From the NCBI GenBank assembly GCA_021613535.1, contig CP075492.1:2418001-2482000 (forward strand): DNA of 64,000 bases, written 5' to 3'. Below, one piece after another: positions 41,263 to 54,937 of the stretch. A program made the translations under genes and the position numbers. The notes beneath the pieces are model-generated. The model had not been told where the DNA came from. It saw only the letters and a list, made by a program, of their open reading frames with translations, and did no database searches. Position 1 is the first letter of the stretch; every line of letters begins with the position of its first letter. Source of the stretch: Adineta vaga. Lineage: Eukaryota; Animalia; Rotifera.

Positions 41263-43351
41263 CTATTTTTCATCTTCTATGGTTTTTTGCAGTTTGATCT
41301 TGTTAATTGCATGTTTTTCATATATGTACCAATTCTTTTTAAACACCAGTTGAATCAACCTGCCACTATATATATAGTAAACAAAATAGTATAACTCTCA
41401 GATTGTATTATTTCTAAAGAATACTGTCTTACGCATAATGTCTCCCCTGTTCTATCACTATTAATACGTGCTAATTGACCCACTCTGCTTTGCTGACGTC
41501 GTATCCTTTCTTCATGAGCATCTCCTAGAAACAACATAATACAAAAACAAGATACATGAGAAAAATAAATCAAAAGGATAATCAGTAACTTACGAATCGC
41601 TGCTTCTTTAAGTTTCAATTCCTCTGCAGTTTCCTGTTTAATACCAGCATTCGGATCAGTATTATTTACTTGTAACTAAGAAAATTCGAAAAATTAATAT
41701 TTAACATAAACAATAGAGCGTTGATTCTGTATTAAATTGCTGAATAAAAACTCACTAATATAGTCTAATATTTAATTGAATACATTGGATTATGAGAGGA
41801 ATGGTTTTAAATCAAATTCTAAAATCATGCTTACTTTAAGACTTTGATTCGTTTGATTCACTTGACGATTAGTTTTCGGTTGTGTCATTGTTGCCCTGAA
41901 AGTGGATTTCTATATAGAAATTTAACAAGCTAATGATCATATTCACCCAATAGCATTTGCTTGCGACTCCTCTTTTGGCAGAAACCCTGTTGAACGACTG
42001 ATATCGCGACTATTTAACAAATGATTGTTGCGGAGTTTACTACGATTTTCATATCTTTGATAATCTAAAATGATTGTGGAGAAGCTAGTTGTTTCATATT
42101 CTTCTTATATACCATCAAAATCGAATGGCATAATAATAAATTCCGCTTCACCACGCATTGCATTGATTGGTACATGATATCCATCACTAGGTACAAATAT
42201 CATACTGTTACTCTTGTACAATGTAGTTGTATAGTTGTTTTTATTGATTTGAACAGGTTCTTATCAAACAAAATGAGATTAATAAGAAAACAAAGAAAGT
42301 GTTCATTAGAGATACGCTACTTTCATCGTTTGAGCCAAATGGATCATATTGTCCTTGATGTAAAGCAGGTTTTTTAGTTCGTCTACAAGAAGAGGAAGAA
42401 GTCAAACATTAGATCTGACAAGAATTTTAAAGAACACTTACACCCGTTTAATGCATCTTGTATGTCCAACATATAGTTTAATCGTTTGACTTTCTGTACA
42501 GGCTAATTGTATATATTTTTTAGCATCTTCAAATGTTACAAATCGTAAATCGTACGTGTTAAACTAAAAGACATCGTTTATCCAAAGAAAAAGATTGATT
42601 CTAATAATTTTACCGTAGAAGAGATTTGTAATAATCGATCACCGATGTCTAACTGTTCATTAGTCTGATATTCACTTATGTCCACGATAAATATGCCATG
42701 ATCGCTGTCGAAGTAAAAAACACGTTAATTAAAGAAAGATGAAAATAATCATACTGATAATTACTTTATAAAATATTCATTTCCAATTCCACCATCAATA
42801 GAAATATTTAATTTCCCATTATGCGTCAATTCAATCTCTTCACTATACAACGGTGCGAGACGTCGGATCAACTGAGCATATAATAAATAAATAAATAAAT
42901 AAAGATTCTGATTCATACATTTGACGCTGCTTACCAATTGCACTTTCTGTCCCAATGATTTCAAAATATCAACAGCTTTTTGATGTTTTATATTATTAAA
43001 ATCGAAATTATTCGCACGTAATATTATATCATATAATCTAAAATAGTAAATAAAAAAATCATTGTTAACGAAAAACACTTGCTTACTTTAATTGTTTATT
43101 TCTATATGCAAGACCATTTTCAATAATATTCGTCACAATAATAGATGCAAAATGATGATTCATGAAAGATGAATCAATCCCTCCTGAAATAGTAAATCCT
43201 AATGATTCATGGTCACTGTTTGTCTATGAAAAAAAACACAATGAAAATAAGTTTAAAATAAATATTAAAAAATAATGATACAAACTCTTTTAAGAGTAAT
43301 TTCTTCTTCTTTCCAGTGATCTTTATAATCGAAACGTATGATGTCAGACAT
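41263..43351 (-). CDS. Multi-exon tandem-PDZ protein (Dlg PDZ1-2-like N-half); 3' exons uncertain and may be a separate gene
   Basis: EEITLKR|..SLGFTISGGID..IIVTNIIENGLA|LYDIILRAN..HQKAVDILK and KLNISIDGGIGN|DHGIFI..LDIGDRLL. Confidence 0.65.
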
Positions 43352-43969
43352 AATATTCGATAGATGATTTTTTGTGATCACTTCTCTGACGCAAATATAT
43401 AATATAATATGTTAAAAGTATGCGTGAAAACAAAACTATTGCTTTTTTTTTAGAAAGAAAAATATTTAACTAGCATCGAGAAAAGAAGAAACGAAAAAAC
43501 TTTATATTTACTGAGAATGGAAAAATGTTTTGGTTGTAGACGGTTCTCTATAAACTGAATAGAAAAAAGAAAGGTGACGTTTGATTTATTCTTCGAAATA
43601 TGTTTGTGCAAGATATATAAAAAAATGATTTCTAAAATTAGTCGTCTTTTCAACGTAGGATATCTTAGCGACGAATTCGATTTTTTCCAGGATTTACTCG
43701 TTACGTTGTGCGTTCCAATTAAGATCTCACTGATTCTAAGTAGAACTTCACCAGCTCTATCGATTCCAAAAGAATTTTCAAATTTTTTCTACACCCACAC
43801 CAACCCTTTTTCATAAGACCCTCCCTACAATCGAGGAATATTCAGTTCAAATACACAAATACAGGGAAGCACAAATCACAACCAATTCTAGAACTGGAAT
43901 TGTTGCATCCGTATTCCAATATTTCACCCTCACCCGCACCCTCAATCGAGTTCTAGTATAATCTTTGAA

Positions 43970-44078
43970 TAACTGAATAATTGAATTGAATATTTGAATA
44001 TTTGAATAATTGAATACTTGAAAAATTCAACTATTCAAGTATAATAAGTGAATACTTGAATAGTTGAATTCAAGTTTC
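43970..44078. repeat. TTGAATA-type short tandem repeats with an 18-bp perfect inverted repeat (44024-44070)
   Basis: AATTCAACTATTCAAGTA ... TACTTGAATAGTTGAATT. Confidence 0.65.
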
Positions 44079-44588
44079 AAGTACTACACTTATGCAATTA
44101 TAAAAAAAATCAGCTTAAGAGGAGATCATGATTTTTCCAATCAGCTACTTAGTAAATTTCTTGAATTTCTGCTACCATGTTGGATTCACACAACAAATTA
44201 AAACAGACTTCTCTTCCGTTGACTTTGTACGGAACGTTAAAAGCGTTGAGTGATGACGTAGTTCGTAAATTCGAATTACTAGTATTCTTTGCTCGATTCA
44301 AAGTTAATGTCACATATACAATTCGTAGAATGGAATTTCTTCATATGGCTCATGTCTACTGTATCAAAAATTGAATACACCTCGTATTAATTTTATATTT
44401 TATAAGTATATCAAAATTACAAGAAAAATGTAAACATCATTTTTATAGTATTTCATGTCGGTAAAAATTCGTACCTTTTGATAAATCAAAATACAAAAGT
44501 CCTTCAAAGTCGTACTATTTAACATCACTAAATCCCATTTTTCACGGGATTTCATTTGCTATAAAATTCCTCATATCTTCGAGCCAAA

Positions 44589-44624
44589 AGGGTGTGGGTG
44601 TATACTCTTAGCCCGCACCCTCAA
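44589..44624. repeat. Telomere-repeat hairpin element (short)
   Basis: AGGGTGTGGGTGTATACTCTTAGCCCGCACCCTCAA. Confidence 0.7.
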
Positions 44625-44994
44625 TATCACAAAAAAATACTCATTTTATTTTCTAATTCGATTAGAACTTTTCATTCATTATTCTTTATGAATATGGAAT
44701 AAATAAATATTTGATAATATAGATAAAAAAAAACGTGATCTAAATAAGATTTGAATAAATCAGATCAAAACAGAAAAATTAAATTACATATCATACATTT
44801 ATTGATATAAAACAAAATTTGTATTTGATTTTAACTAAAGACACGTTTCAACATTAACAAATCGATGTTTGTCATATCTTTTCCTAAATTTTTCCCTTGA
44901 AAAAAAATCACGATGAAGCTAAACTTTGTTGCTTTTATATAAAAAAAAGTGGTTTATTCAATTATCGAAAAGTTATATGTGATCAGGATTAAGA

Positions 44995-47900
44995 ATGTGG
45001 AATTTTCATATTTTTATCATTATTTTTCTTCTTCTCGTTTTCAACAATGAAATATTGGGTAAGTTATTTGATTGAAAATCTTAAATTAATTTTATTTATA
45101 CTTTAGTTATTTCATTTAATCAACCAAATTTATCTTTAACAACGATTTGGAATCGTAATGGAATTACTTTTGCTAATCAATCAATTGTTGGTAAAGAACC
45201 ATTTTCCATTTTTATTAATAAAAACAATTCAATTTACGTTGTTAATCGTGAACAAAAGAAGATTCTAATTTGGTATAATAACAGTCTCAAACCAACAAAT
45301 ATTAATTTAGATAATTTAACAAGTCCTGGTTTTTTATTTGTATCAACAAATAATGATATTTATATTAGTGATGGTAATCCTAATTATAAAGTATACAAAT
45401 GGATATCGGAGAGAAATACTTTTGATATTATTATGTATGTAAATGACTCATGTTATAGTCTTTTCATTGATATTAATAATACGATTTATTGTTCACTTGC
45501 TTTACAAAATCAAATAGTGAAAAGAGATTTACATAGTTCATCGATGATACCAATCGTTGTCAATAAAAAGGATAAAGAAGGATCGATTTCTAATGAACTT
45601 AAGATTCCTCTTGGAATATTTGTTGATGATAATTTTGATTTATATGTTGCTGATTATGGAAATAATCGTATTCAATTATTTTCATTTGGAAAAAAGAATA
45701 GTATTACAATTGTTGGAAGTGGATCAATTCATTTAACTAGTGAACTTAAACGTCCTAGTGGAATTCTATTAGATATTAATAAATATTTATTTATATTAGA
45801 TTTAGGAAACAATCGAATTATTCGAGAAGGATCATGTGGTTTTCGATGTTTAATTGGATGTTATGGATATGGTTATCAATCTAATCAATTAAATTCACCA
45901 CATTCTTTTAGTTTTGATAAGTTTGGTAATATTTTTGTTGTTGATACATTCAATAATCGTATTCAAATATTTCAATTAATGAATATCTCTTCTTGTATGT
46001 TAATAGAAATTAATTTTATTCTTTCATATCTTGTCTATATTTTAGCTCTTTCGCTTAATCAACCACAACTTTGTAGAAATGCAACTTGGAATCGTAATGG
46101 AATTACTTTTGCTAATCAATCAATTGTTGGTAAAGAACCATTTTCTATTTTTATTAATAAAAACAATTCAATTTACGTTGTTAATCGTGAAAAAAAGAAG
46201 ATTCTAATTTGGTATAATAACAGTCTCAAACCAATAAATATTAATTTAGATAATTTAACAAGTCCTGGTTTTTTATTTGTATCAACAAATAACGATATTT
46301 ATATTAGTAATAGTAATCGTAATTATAAAGTATACAAATGGATATCGGAGAGAAATACTTTTGATATTATTATGTATGTAAATGACTCATGTTATAGTCT
46401 TTTCATTGATATTAATAATACGATTTATTGTTCACTTGGTTTTCAAAATCAAATAGTTAAAAGTGACTTGAACAATTCTTCAATGAATTTGGTTATTGTT
46501 GCTGAACGAAAAAGTCCTGGACTTACTTTGAATGAATTATTTTCTCCTCGGGGAATCTTTGTTGATTTAAATCTGGATTTATTTATAGTAGATTTTGGAA
46601 ATAATAGAGTTCTATTATTTTCATCAGAAGAAACGAGTGTTATTACTGTTGCTGGAAGACAATCATCAAATCCAACTATTGAACTTACAAATCCTACTGT
46701 AATTGTATTAGATGGTAAAAACTATTTATTCATTGTAGATACTGGCGGTCATCGAATTATTGGAGAAGGACCCTATGGTTTTCGATGTGTAGTTGGATGT
46801 TATGGAAGCGGATTCGAATCTAGTCAATTGGATCATCCATATGATATTAGTTTTGATAGTTCTGGCAATATATTTGTTGCTGATCAACGAAATCATCGCA
46901 TTCAAAAATTTCTTTTAGAAAATTCTAATGGTAAGTTAAATAGAAAATTTAAAAAGAAAGAGAAGAATTTCGATGAGATTGACCGTACAATTTATAGTCT
47001 TCTTGTTTTATAGATTCTTCAATAAATCAAGAAAGATTTTGTTCAAAACCTGTTTGGAATCGAAATGGAATCACTTTTGCTGATAATTCAATACTTGGTT
47101 TGAATTCTTCAATAATCTTTATCAATAAAAACAATTCAATCTATACTTTTAATCGAGAAAAAAAACAAATTTTAATTTGGTTTCAAAATGATCTTAATTC
47201 ACCAATGATTATTTCAACTAATAACTTTTCTAATTCATCTTCTCTATTTGTTATGTCAAATGGTGATATTTTAATTGATAATGGATCGTCAAAGAATCGA
47301 ATAGAAAAATGGATATCAAATAATAGTTTATTTATTAATGTAATGAATGTTTCTTCATATTGTTTTGGTTTATTTGTCGATATAAATGATCAATTATATT
47401 GTTCAATGCCCACACACCATCAAATTATTAAAAAGAATCTTAGCGAATCTATGACAAATCTGATTGATGTCATTGGAACAGGTGTAAAAGGATCAGCTTC
47501 GAATGAATTTAATCATCCTCATGGAATTTTTGTTGATAGAAACTTGAATTTATATGTAGCAGATTGTGGAAATAATCGTATTCAATTATTTTTATCAGGA
47601 CAAATAAATGGTATTACAGAAATCGGAAATGTATCAGCACGACATAAATATGTACTTTCATGTCCAACAGGAATTCTATTGGATTTTCAACAATTTTTAT
47701 TTATTGTTGATTCAAATAATCATCGTATTATTCGATCAGGAATAAATGATATTCATTGTATTATTGGATGTCATCGAATGAATTCAAAATCTAATCAATT
47801 ATTATTATTTCCATTAAATATTGCTTTTGATAATTATAGAAATATGTTTATTATGGATTCAGGAAATAGTCGAATACAAAAATTTCAATATATAGAAAAA

Positions 47901-49923
47901 GCTTGTGGTAAATTTTAATAAAAAACAATGATTTAAACTTTTTTTTTATTATCATTTAGATATGTCATCAGTTTTTCATTTTATAATTCGATCAATATTA
48001 ACTAAAGCTAGTCCAACGTATTCTCGAAATTGTGATTTGTTCAAATCTTATTATACAATATTTGAAATAAAAGTACGTGAAAGTCGATATTATACAATTT
48101 GGTGTGATGCTAAATTTGGTACATCTGGTTCTATTTATGAAAATAAATTTGATCCAATTCATCCAAATGAAAATCTTCTTATTGATGTTGATAATGAAAT
48201 ATCGAAGAATCAATTTAAAGTTGAAATTCCTCTCTATGATGATACGACGTATATCTTGATTTTGTCATCGGTTTTCGAAAAGACTGGTAATATTTCCGTC
48301 AATATTTTAGGTTTACATAATGTGACTATCAAATCTTTGGGTAAGTAAAAGAATTCTTTAATAAGAAAGAAAAGAAATTGTTTTTTTTTAATATCAAAAT
48401 AGTACCTCTTCTTCTTTTTCGTGATACATTCGAATTAAGTATTAATAGTCCAATGTATTATCGAGATTGTCAAATACCAAAATGTTATTATCAAACATAT
48501 GAAATTACTGTTGATACAAATGAAACATATTTTATTTCAAGTATAAGTGGTATACATACATATGGTTATATCTATAAAGATAAGTTTGATCCACTTAAAC
48601 CATCTCTTAATAAACTTTTTGAACATAATGGTACATGTAATCAACAACTTCTAAAATTTACTGTCGATCTACAAACTAATATTCGATATATATTAGTTGT
48701 TACAACTTTTCATTCCTATACTACAGGAATATATTCTGTTTCAATATCTGGATATTATAATACTAGTGTTACTTTTAAACGTTCTAGTAAATAATTTGAA
48801 TATTAAATTTCAAAAACAAATGATTTTCATATTCTATTGTATTTTAGATCCAAAAATTAAATATTGTGTTATTGGTGATCAATGTAAACTTCATTATAAA
48901 AGTATTGGTTTAACTTTAGATGATATTTTATATGAACAATTACGAAAAAATTCAACGTTATCTGAACAAATATTTTCAGTGAAATTAAGTGCTTTTCTAA
49001 CAATTCTTATGTACGTCGGAGGATTAATTAATAGTTTATTCTCGTTTATTACATTTCGAAATAAAGAAACACATGAAGTAGGATGTGGATTGTATCTTTT
49101 TGCATCGTGTATTAGTTCGTTTTTAACAATTAGTATGTTTGTTATTAAATTTTGGTTTGTTCTATTAACTCAAATCAATAATCATATCAATCTTTCTGTT
49201 TATAAAGGCGGTTGTAAAGCAATTGAACCTATGTTAAAATTATTTCTTTATTTTGATGGTTGGTTAAATGGTTGTGTGGCTGTTGAACGAGCATATCATG
49301 TTTTTAAAGGTGTTAATTTTGATAGACAAAAAAGCAAATTGATTGCTCGATGGATAATTTTCGTTTTACCATTGTGTATCTTAGGAAGTCTTATGCATGA
49401 AATCATGAATCGTGATGTGTTTTCATATGAAATACCTGAACATGAAATTATAAACAATGAAACATTTGTGAATATAATTAAAACAGGAAATATAAGAAGA
49501 TATGTATGGTGTGTAACTAGTTATTCTCCTTTTGTTCAAAATTATAATACAATTAGTCTGTTTTTTCATCTTATTGGTCCATTTGTTGCAAATCTTTTTT
49601 CGGCTTTGTTTATTATTTTCGGAGCTGCTCGACAACGATCAAAAGCACAAACTAATCGAAGTGTAAAAATACATATTCGTGAACAATTCAATGAACATAA
49701 ACAATTAATTATTAGTCCAATAGTTTTACTTATTTTATCAATACCTCGTTTAGTCATTTCACTTCTTCCTGGATGTGTAAATATTTCAGAAAAGTTATGG
49801 TTATATCTTAGTGCTTATTTTATATCATTTTTACCACCAATACTTATCTTCATTATTTTTGTTGTACCTTCGAATTTATATATGAAAATATTTAAAGAAT
49901 CTTTTCGTAAATGGAGACGATAA
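44995..49923 (+). CDS. Large receptor: signal peptide + three NHL beta-propellers + two beta-sandwich repeats + class-A-like 7TM domain, ~7 exons
   Basis: Signal exon MWNFHIFIIIFLLLVF; 3x WNRNGITFA...LYVADxGNNRIQ...NxRIQKF; 2x SPxYxRxC...GYIYxxKFDP..YIL; 7TM with GCGLYLF and AVERAY. Only ~50-80 nt GT-AG gaps separate the ORFs. Confidence 0.8.
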
Positions 49924-49980
49924 ACACATCAATAACTAAATTTATCATCATTCTTTCAAATGACTCTATATATCAAATAA

Positions 49981-50150
49981 AGGGTGTGGGTGTGGGTGAG
50001 GGTGTGGATGTAGGTGTGGGTGTGGATGTGGGTGTGGATGCGGGTGTGGGTGGGGGTGGGTGGGTGTGGGGGTGGTTGAGACTGATAAATGGATTCTCTA
50101 CACCAACACCCATACCCACACCCACACCCACCCACACCCTCAAGATGGGT
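49981..50150. repeat. Longest telomere-repeat hairpin element
   Basis: ~95 nt of GGGTGT/GGGTGA/GGATGT hexamers, a ~25-nt spacer, then (CACCCA)n CACCCTCAAGATGGGT. Confidence 0.9.
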
Positions 50151-50935
50151 TCATTTTCAAAAATCTATGATTTACTTATGAATGCAAGTTTAATTCATCC
50201 ATTTGATGGAAATTTTCAAGTTTCTTATTTAACAATCAAATCTTGTGATGGTTTAATGTTTTTCATTATCAATTTAATTGGCAATTTTGGTACAGTTTTT
50301 CTTGATAATAGATATTATAATAAAGTTATTGCTGCTTCTTCAACATCAGCTGTACTTGGTTATATTCTTGGCGGTATAGCATGGTTTGCAATACTATTTC
50401 TTACTGGTACAACAATGGGTATTGTTGTCATTACACTTGAAGATCATTCTGCATTTCCAACATATCCAAATCGATTAAGTAAAGATGATGTTACTTCTGG
50501 TTTAACATTACTTGCAGCTGCAATTGTTTTACTTGGAAAAAGTGGAAGTATATTAAGTTTTATCATGATATATTTAGCATGTACAAGTGCCATGTCTGCA
50601 CAATTAATTTCTGTTGGATCCATAGTTACATTTGATATTTATCGAACTTATTATTATATGAATCCAAATGCATCGGGAAAAACATTATTTTATATTTCTC
50701 TATTATCTTTATTCATTTTTACTTTAACCATGAGTATTTTATCAATTGGTTTATATTATATTTCAATAAGTTTAGGATATTTATATACAATGAAGGGAAT
50801 TATTATATCAAGTACTGTTTTACCAGGTGTATTAACACTTATATGGAATAAAGAAAGTAAATTAGCTGCTTGTCTATCACCACCATTGGGTTTAATTTGT
50901 TCAATGATATCATGGTTATTAACAGCTAAATACAT
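50145..50935 (+). pseudogene. DUR3: Internal fragment of a DUR3-type urea/sodium:solute symporter
   Basis: KIYDLL..HPFDGN..SYLT, IINLIGNFGTVFLDNRYYNKVIAA, GYILGGIAWFAI, ACTSAMSAQLISVGSIVTFDIYRTY. The N- and C-terminal helices are missing. Confidence 0.85.
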
Positions 50936-50956
50936 GTATATATATATATACATATG

Positions 50957-51019
50957 GAGGGTGAGGGTGTGGGTAGGTTTGGGCGACAGAACAAGGGAGT
51001 ATCCACAACCACACCCTCA
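50957..51019. repeat. Telomere-repeat hairpin element preceded by (AT)n
   Basis: GAGGGTGAGGGTGTGGGT...CCACAACCACACCCTCA. Confidence 0.75.
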
Positions 51020-51356
51020 TTTGATTACTACCCCAAAATGTTTTATCTGGGAGGCTATAAATCAAATATGCAGAATCATATTTTTGTTATTTATTTCTCA
51101 TTACAGCCTTGCTTTCTTAATACTGGACTGACGTCAGAAATATAATCGTAATTTTTTTTCTTCCTTTCTTTTTTTTATACTTATGGAACTGTCTGACGGT
51201 GTGCGTTTTTGGAAGAAAAAATTGCAGTGTACTAGTTTTATTACTCTTGGTTTTTTCCAATAATGTTTCGAGTTGCAAGTCACATTTATTTTTTCTCTGC
51301 ATTTTTATTTCTCATATATACTTTTTCAATATCTGACGTTGATTGAAAATCTCAGA

Positions 51357-53582
51357 ATGGGTTCCATAGAAAGTTTCTTTCACATTGATGAAGTCCAGGA
51401 ACATGTTCATGAAGAGAACGTACCACTTTTTCAACCGTACTCAACAAATAACACAACACATGAGCAAAACTTGGAAATATTCTCATTAATATGGTGTGAT
51501 GTAAATGTGAACAATGTATATGGAAGTCGCGTAACTCAAGAAAAACTGGTCGATTTGATTCATTTCCAACGTACATTTAAATCAGTTGAAGAATGTGAAA
51601 TATATATTTTAAACGAAACAACCATCGTTGATAAAATTATTTTAATCTCATCAGGTTCATTTGCTCAAGATTTAATCAGTCGTGTACATCACTTACCTCA
51701 AATTAATTCAGTTTACATCTATTGTTTGCTCAAAAAAAATTATCAACCGTTGCTGATGAAGTTTCCAAAAGTACGTGATAGATTGATTTATTCTTAATGT
51801 CTTGTCAGAACGAGTGTTATAGTTGAAAATATAGATATTGAGAAGAAGGTATATAACTATTTTCTACTTATATAGATAAAGTGTATCGAACATAACACAT
51901 CGATCTTAGTTGCACGAATCATTAAAAATCATCAAGCCGAAAATGCTCTTGATAAAAACACTGTTCCGATGACATTCTATAAGACGTCTGCTGAGTCAAC
52001 GCACACAAATTTGCAAAACGAAAATGGGAATTTTATTTGGTTTCAACTCTTCATTGAAACTTTACTTCGAATGCGTACAAATGATGTAATTACATCTCTA
52101 GACGAATTTATTAATCTGTGTAATAAACAATATGCAGGTAATGAACGACAGCTCGCTAATATTGCAAAGTTTCGTGATGACTATGATCCTGATCATTGTC
52201 TATGGTGGTATTCAAAAGAAGTATTTTTGTACGGTATTCTTAACAAAGCTTTGCGACTTAGTGACATGGATACTCTTTATACACTTCGATTCTTTATTCG
52301 TGATCTGTATTGCCAATTGAATGAAAATAAATTCCTGACTACTGAAAATGAGTGTATTTTACAAGTGTATCGGGGTCAAATACTGAGCTCTAAAGAGCTA
52401 GAAAATATCCAGTCAAGTATTGGTCAGTATGTGTCAATGAATAGTTTCTTTTCAACGACTATTAAACGGCCAGTAGCTTTAATGATTGCTCAGTCTAATA
52501 TTGGTTGCTATTCTGATTACAAACCCGTCATCTTTCATATTAAAGTAAATACTAAACTGTTACATGCGAAAGTATATGCTGACATAACAAATTTTTCCAA
52601 TTTCGGAGAAGAAGAAGCCGAAATTCTATTTATGCTTGGCTCCGTTTTTCGATTTTGTAACATCTATTTTCAAGACGATGAACAGGTGTATGTCATCGAC
52701 TTGGAATTGTGTGGGGAGAATGAAAACGAACTGCGGGAACTATACAATCAAATGAGAACAGATATTGGTCAAGAAACAAGTATTAAAGTGTTAGGAAGTG
52801 TGTTGAGAGACATGGGACAATACGACAGAGCTTTGCAATGCTATGAAAAAATGCTCAAGCTTCTTCATCCTAACGATACATATATTCAACGATGTTATTG
52901 TAGTATAAGTCGGACAATGCAACTTCAAGGACGTTATGAAGACTCTTTGTTAGTTCTTGACAAAGTACTTGAGCTCGAAGCAAGTAATCCATCTGAAGAT
53001 TCAATCATTGTCGGATATGCACACAACTATATGGGTATAGCTTATCAATATGGTGCTGTGCGTCACGATTACACAGCGGCACTGGCACACTACGAGAAAG
53101 CATTACAGATCCATCTCGATGTCAAAGGTCGTCTCTGTTTAGATACAGCATATGTTTATAACAATCTGGCAACACTTCACCGGACATTCCATAATTATCA
53201 GAAGTCTCTTGAATACCATCATATGTGTTTGGACATTAAGAAAGAACTATATCCTGAATCATTAAGTCCCAGTATAGCTTCGTCTTTGAACAATATCGGA
53301 GTTGTCTATCAGTATATGAAAGAGTATGAAAAGGCTTTAAAGTACTATAGTGAAGCGTTAACAATGCGTCTTAAAACGTTGCCTGAAAATCATCAAAACC
53401 AAGCTGATACGTACACAAACATGGGAGAAATCTATGAATTATTAAATGAGAACTGTTTGGCATTAGAACATGCTGAGAAAGCTCTAGCAATTTATGAAAT
53501 GATCTTTGATCAAAACTACCATTATGTAGTTTTAGTTAAAGAACTAATTGAAAGACTAAAGAAAAAAATAAATCGGTTATGA
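51357..53582 (+). CDS. ART-TPR protein (N-terminal alpha/beta domain + ADP-ribosyltransferase + TPRs), 2 exons, intact
   Basis: MGSIES start, intron ~51771-51875, VYRGQ / FFSTT / EEAEILF motifs, about six TPRs. Confidence 0.88.
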
Positions 53583-53603
53583 GTTATTTTATTGCCAACA
53601 GGC

Positions 53604-54937
53604 CTAATAAAGTTCTGTACTATTCAAAGCCATAGTACCAACAGAACCACCAATTACGAAGACTTGTCCATTTTTTAGTATAGTTGCTGTATGTTCATAT
53701 CTTATATGATTCATATTATCAATAAACATCCAAGTTTCTGTTATAGGATCGTACAATTCAGCACTATTTAGATTATTATGATCTGCTCCGCCCGTAACTA
53801 ATACTTTCCCATTTGATAATAAAGTTGCTGTATGTTTCCATCTCTTCTGATTCATACTACCCGTCATTGTCCACGTATCGCTTACCAAATCATACAATTC
53901 AGCACTATTGAGACTACCATTGGAATTCATACCACCGGCAATCAATACTTTGCCATTGAGCAATACAGATGCTGTGTGCATATACCGTGAAGTACTCATA
54001 TTTCCTATAGTTGTCCAAATTTCTCCGGATGGATCATACAATTCAACACTATGTAGAGCATTACGACTAATGTGTCCACCGGTCACTAACACCTTTCCAT
54101 TGGCTAATACAGACGATGTATGTTCACTTCGTGCAATATTCATACTACTGGTATTTGTCCAAGTTTCTATTAACGGGTCATACAATTCAGCACTGTTTAA
54201 CCATTGACCATTTCCATATCCACCAGTAATTAATACATTCCCATTTGTTAGTATCGATGCTACATGCTCACCTCGTGGACTACTCATATTAGCAGTAATT
54301 ATCCAAGTTTCTGTAGATAAATCATAAAATTCAGCACTATCCAGAAAATCACTTTTAGCGAGTCCACCAGTAACTAAGACATTTCCATTCTCTAATACAG
54401 ATGCCGTATGTTCACCTCTTGCAACATTCATACTAGTAATAATTGTCCAGGTATCTACAGATGAATTATACAACTCAACACTTTTTATAGGACCATTATC
54501 AAATCCACCGGTAACTAATACTTTTCCATCGATTAACAGAGATGCAGTATGTGCTCGTCGTGCATGATTCATTGCAGCAGTTTTACACCATGCTAAACAA
54601 AAAAACCGTTTAATATAAGACTTTTTTGACGATGCCTACCCGATTTTTGAGTAGTCGTAGTCATAGATGTTATTGGTGTTGATGGATGTTTTGTACTTGT
54701 TATTGTTATTGTTATTGTTGTTAGTGGCAATGATGATGTGGTGTTAGTGATGTTCGACTTTTTCGGTGCAAGAATAACGAATTTTAATACAAGAGAGAAC
54801 GTAACGACCAATATTGTCAGAATGATAAAAGATATGCAAAGAATTTTAAACCAACGATGATGCCAGCATTTATTTTGTACAATCTTTTTACTTCCATGCT
54901 CGTCGTATAGTTGATTATGAAACATACTATATGTCAT
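53604..54937 (-). CDS. Type II membrane protein with Thr-rich stalk and seven-repeat kelch propeller, 2 exons
   Basis: TM ILCISFIILTILVVTFSLVL, Thr stalk, intron ~54638-54592, repeats of MxxxRxxHTAxxLxNGxVLxxGG...SAELYD. Confidence 0.88.

Noticed and set aside
49981-50075. True chromosome end or telomere fusion
   Set aside because: The tract is short, degenerate and internal, and shares fixed termini with many dispersed copies.
49911-51131. 406-aa ORF as one real protein
   Set aside because: The GVGVG/TPTPT N-terminus and the C-terminus are translations of hairpin elements and an AT microsatellite; only 50145-50935 is DUR3-like.
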